DNA of 64,000 nt from Octopus sinensis (taxonomy: Eukaryota): the NCBI RefSeq assembly GCF_006345805.1, contig NC_043008.1, forward strand, positions 55,428,001 to 55,492,000. The letters are read 5' to 3'. Below, piece after piece: positions 62,958-64,000 of the stretch. The position numbers and the translations under genes are program-made. The notes under the pieces are model-generated. The model made no database searches, had not been told where the DNA came from, and saw only the letters and a program-made list of their open reading frames with translations. Each line of letters begins with the position of its first letter. Position 1 is the first letter of the stretch.

Positions 62958-63304
62958 TGTAGGAATACGCTGGCATGAGCAGCGCAAGCGATCGGACGTG
63001 GCTTGGCTTTCTCTCAGGGAACGACCCTACACTCAGAGAACCTCACCCCAATGAAGTGGGAGCGAACCGACGAATCGTCTTGACTCGCAACAAGAAAGCA
63101 TCGCAACCAGTCCTGCGGATTCGGCTGCCGGTTTCCCTACTAGAGATACACGTGCACTAGTTCTTACCTGTGACCGCAGAATAAACCACCACTTATTGTT
63201 ACCGAAGACTGCCTGACTTTGTCTCCGTTTATTCAACTTAAATTGTATGTGACAGGATCAGATCGGACACCCCTCGAGTGTTCCTGAACTCCCATCCTGT
63301 TACA
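62958..63304 (+). mobile_element. Solo LTR (347 bp), Gypsy-like 4-bp TSD
   Basis: TGTA...TACA termini; CTGG at 62954-62957 and 63305-63308; internal AATAAA near 63180; GC/CpG-rich against the flanks. Confidence 0.8.
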
Positions 63305-63414
63305 CTGGTATATAAATCAAATTCTTCAGACCAAAATTTATAGCAAAATAAAGATAGGTCAACTTATACACCAAGATGACTTGGAGGACCAAAAAGTCCA
63401 TATGAAAAGCAGCA

Positions 63415-64000
63415 GGAATCAGAAAGATAGAGACAATGGTTGAAAGCTTGCACTACATGTTTACACTATATATTCTTTTCTACTCTAGGCGCAAGGTCTG
63501 AAATTTGTGGGGAGGGGGCCAGTTGATTATATCGACCCCAATATGCAACTGGTACTTAATTTTATCAACCCAGAAAGGATGAAAGGCAACGTCGACCTCA
63601 GAACGTAAAGACAGGCAAAATACCTATTTCTTTACTACCCAAAAGGGGCTAAACATAGAGAGGACAAACAAGGACAGGCAAATGGATTAAGTCGATTACA
63701 TTGACCCCCAGTGCGTAACTGGTACTTATTTAATCAACCCCGAAAGGATGAAAGGCAACATCGACTTCAGCGGAATTTGAACTCAGAACGTAAAGACAGG
63801 CAAAATACCTATTTCTTTACTACCCAAAAGGGGCTAAACACAGAGAGACAAACAGATTAAGTCGATTACATTGACCCGAGTGCGTAACTGGTACTTATTT
63901 AATCAACCCTGAAAGGATGAAAGGCAACGTCGACCTCAGCGGAATTTGAACTCAGAATGTAAAGACAGGCAAAATACCTATTTCTTTACTACCCACAAGG
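63415..64000 (-). mobile_element. Family B SINE multimer (four or more units, runs off the window)
   Basis: Repeated junction GACAGGCAAAATACC|TATTTCTTTAC; the terminal unit carries a B2-type tail. Confidence 0.85.

Overview
AT-rich, gene-poor eukaryotic DNA made almost entirely of transposable elements and microsatellites. The SINE families and the density of (TA)n/(CA)n tracts suggest an Octopus (coleoid cephalopod) intron or intergenic region; this organism call is an inference. There is no intact protein-coding gene, and nearly all ORF-track entries are SINE or microsatellite read-through. Contents: at least four tRNA-headed SINE families (labelled A, B, C, D here), many 3' ends of an RTE-type LINE (E), piggyBac-like and other MITEs, a Helitron, Helentron-type elements, a mariner relic, R4/Dong-clade relics and a solo LTR. 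The best lead is two TSD-bounded, RTE-related short elements (2909-3389 and 59959-60330). Their bodies are unalike, but they share a covarying RNA secondary structure about 61-62 nt from their 5' ends, a candidate uncharacterised ribozyme or cis-element. Other leads are SINE-B multimers with a fixed junction, a 5x B-box amplification, a degenerate minimal hammerhead and a four-layer nested insertion. All coordinates and alignments were made by eye, and family names taken from memory need database checks.
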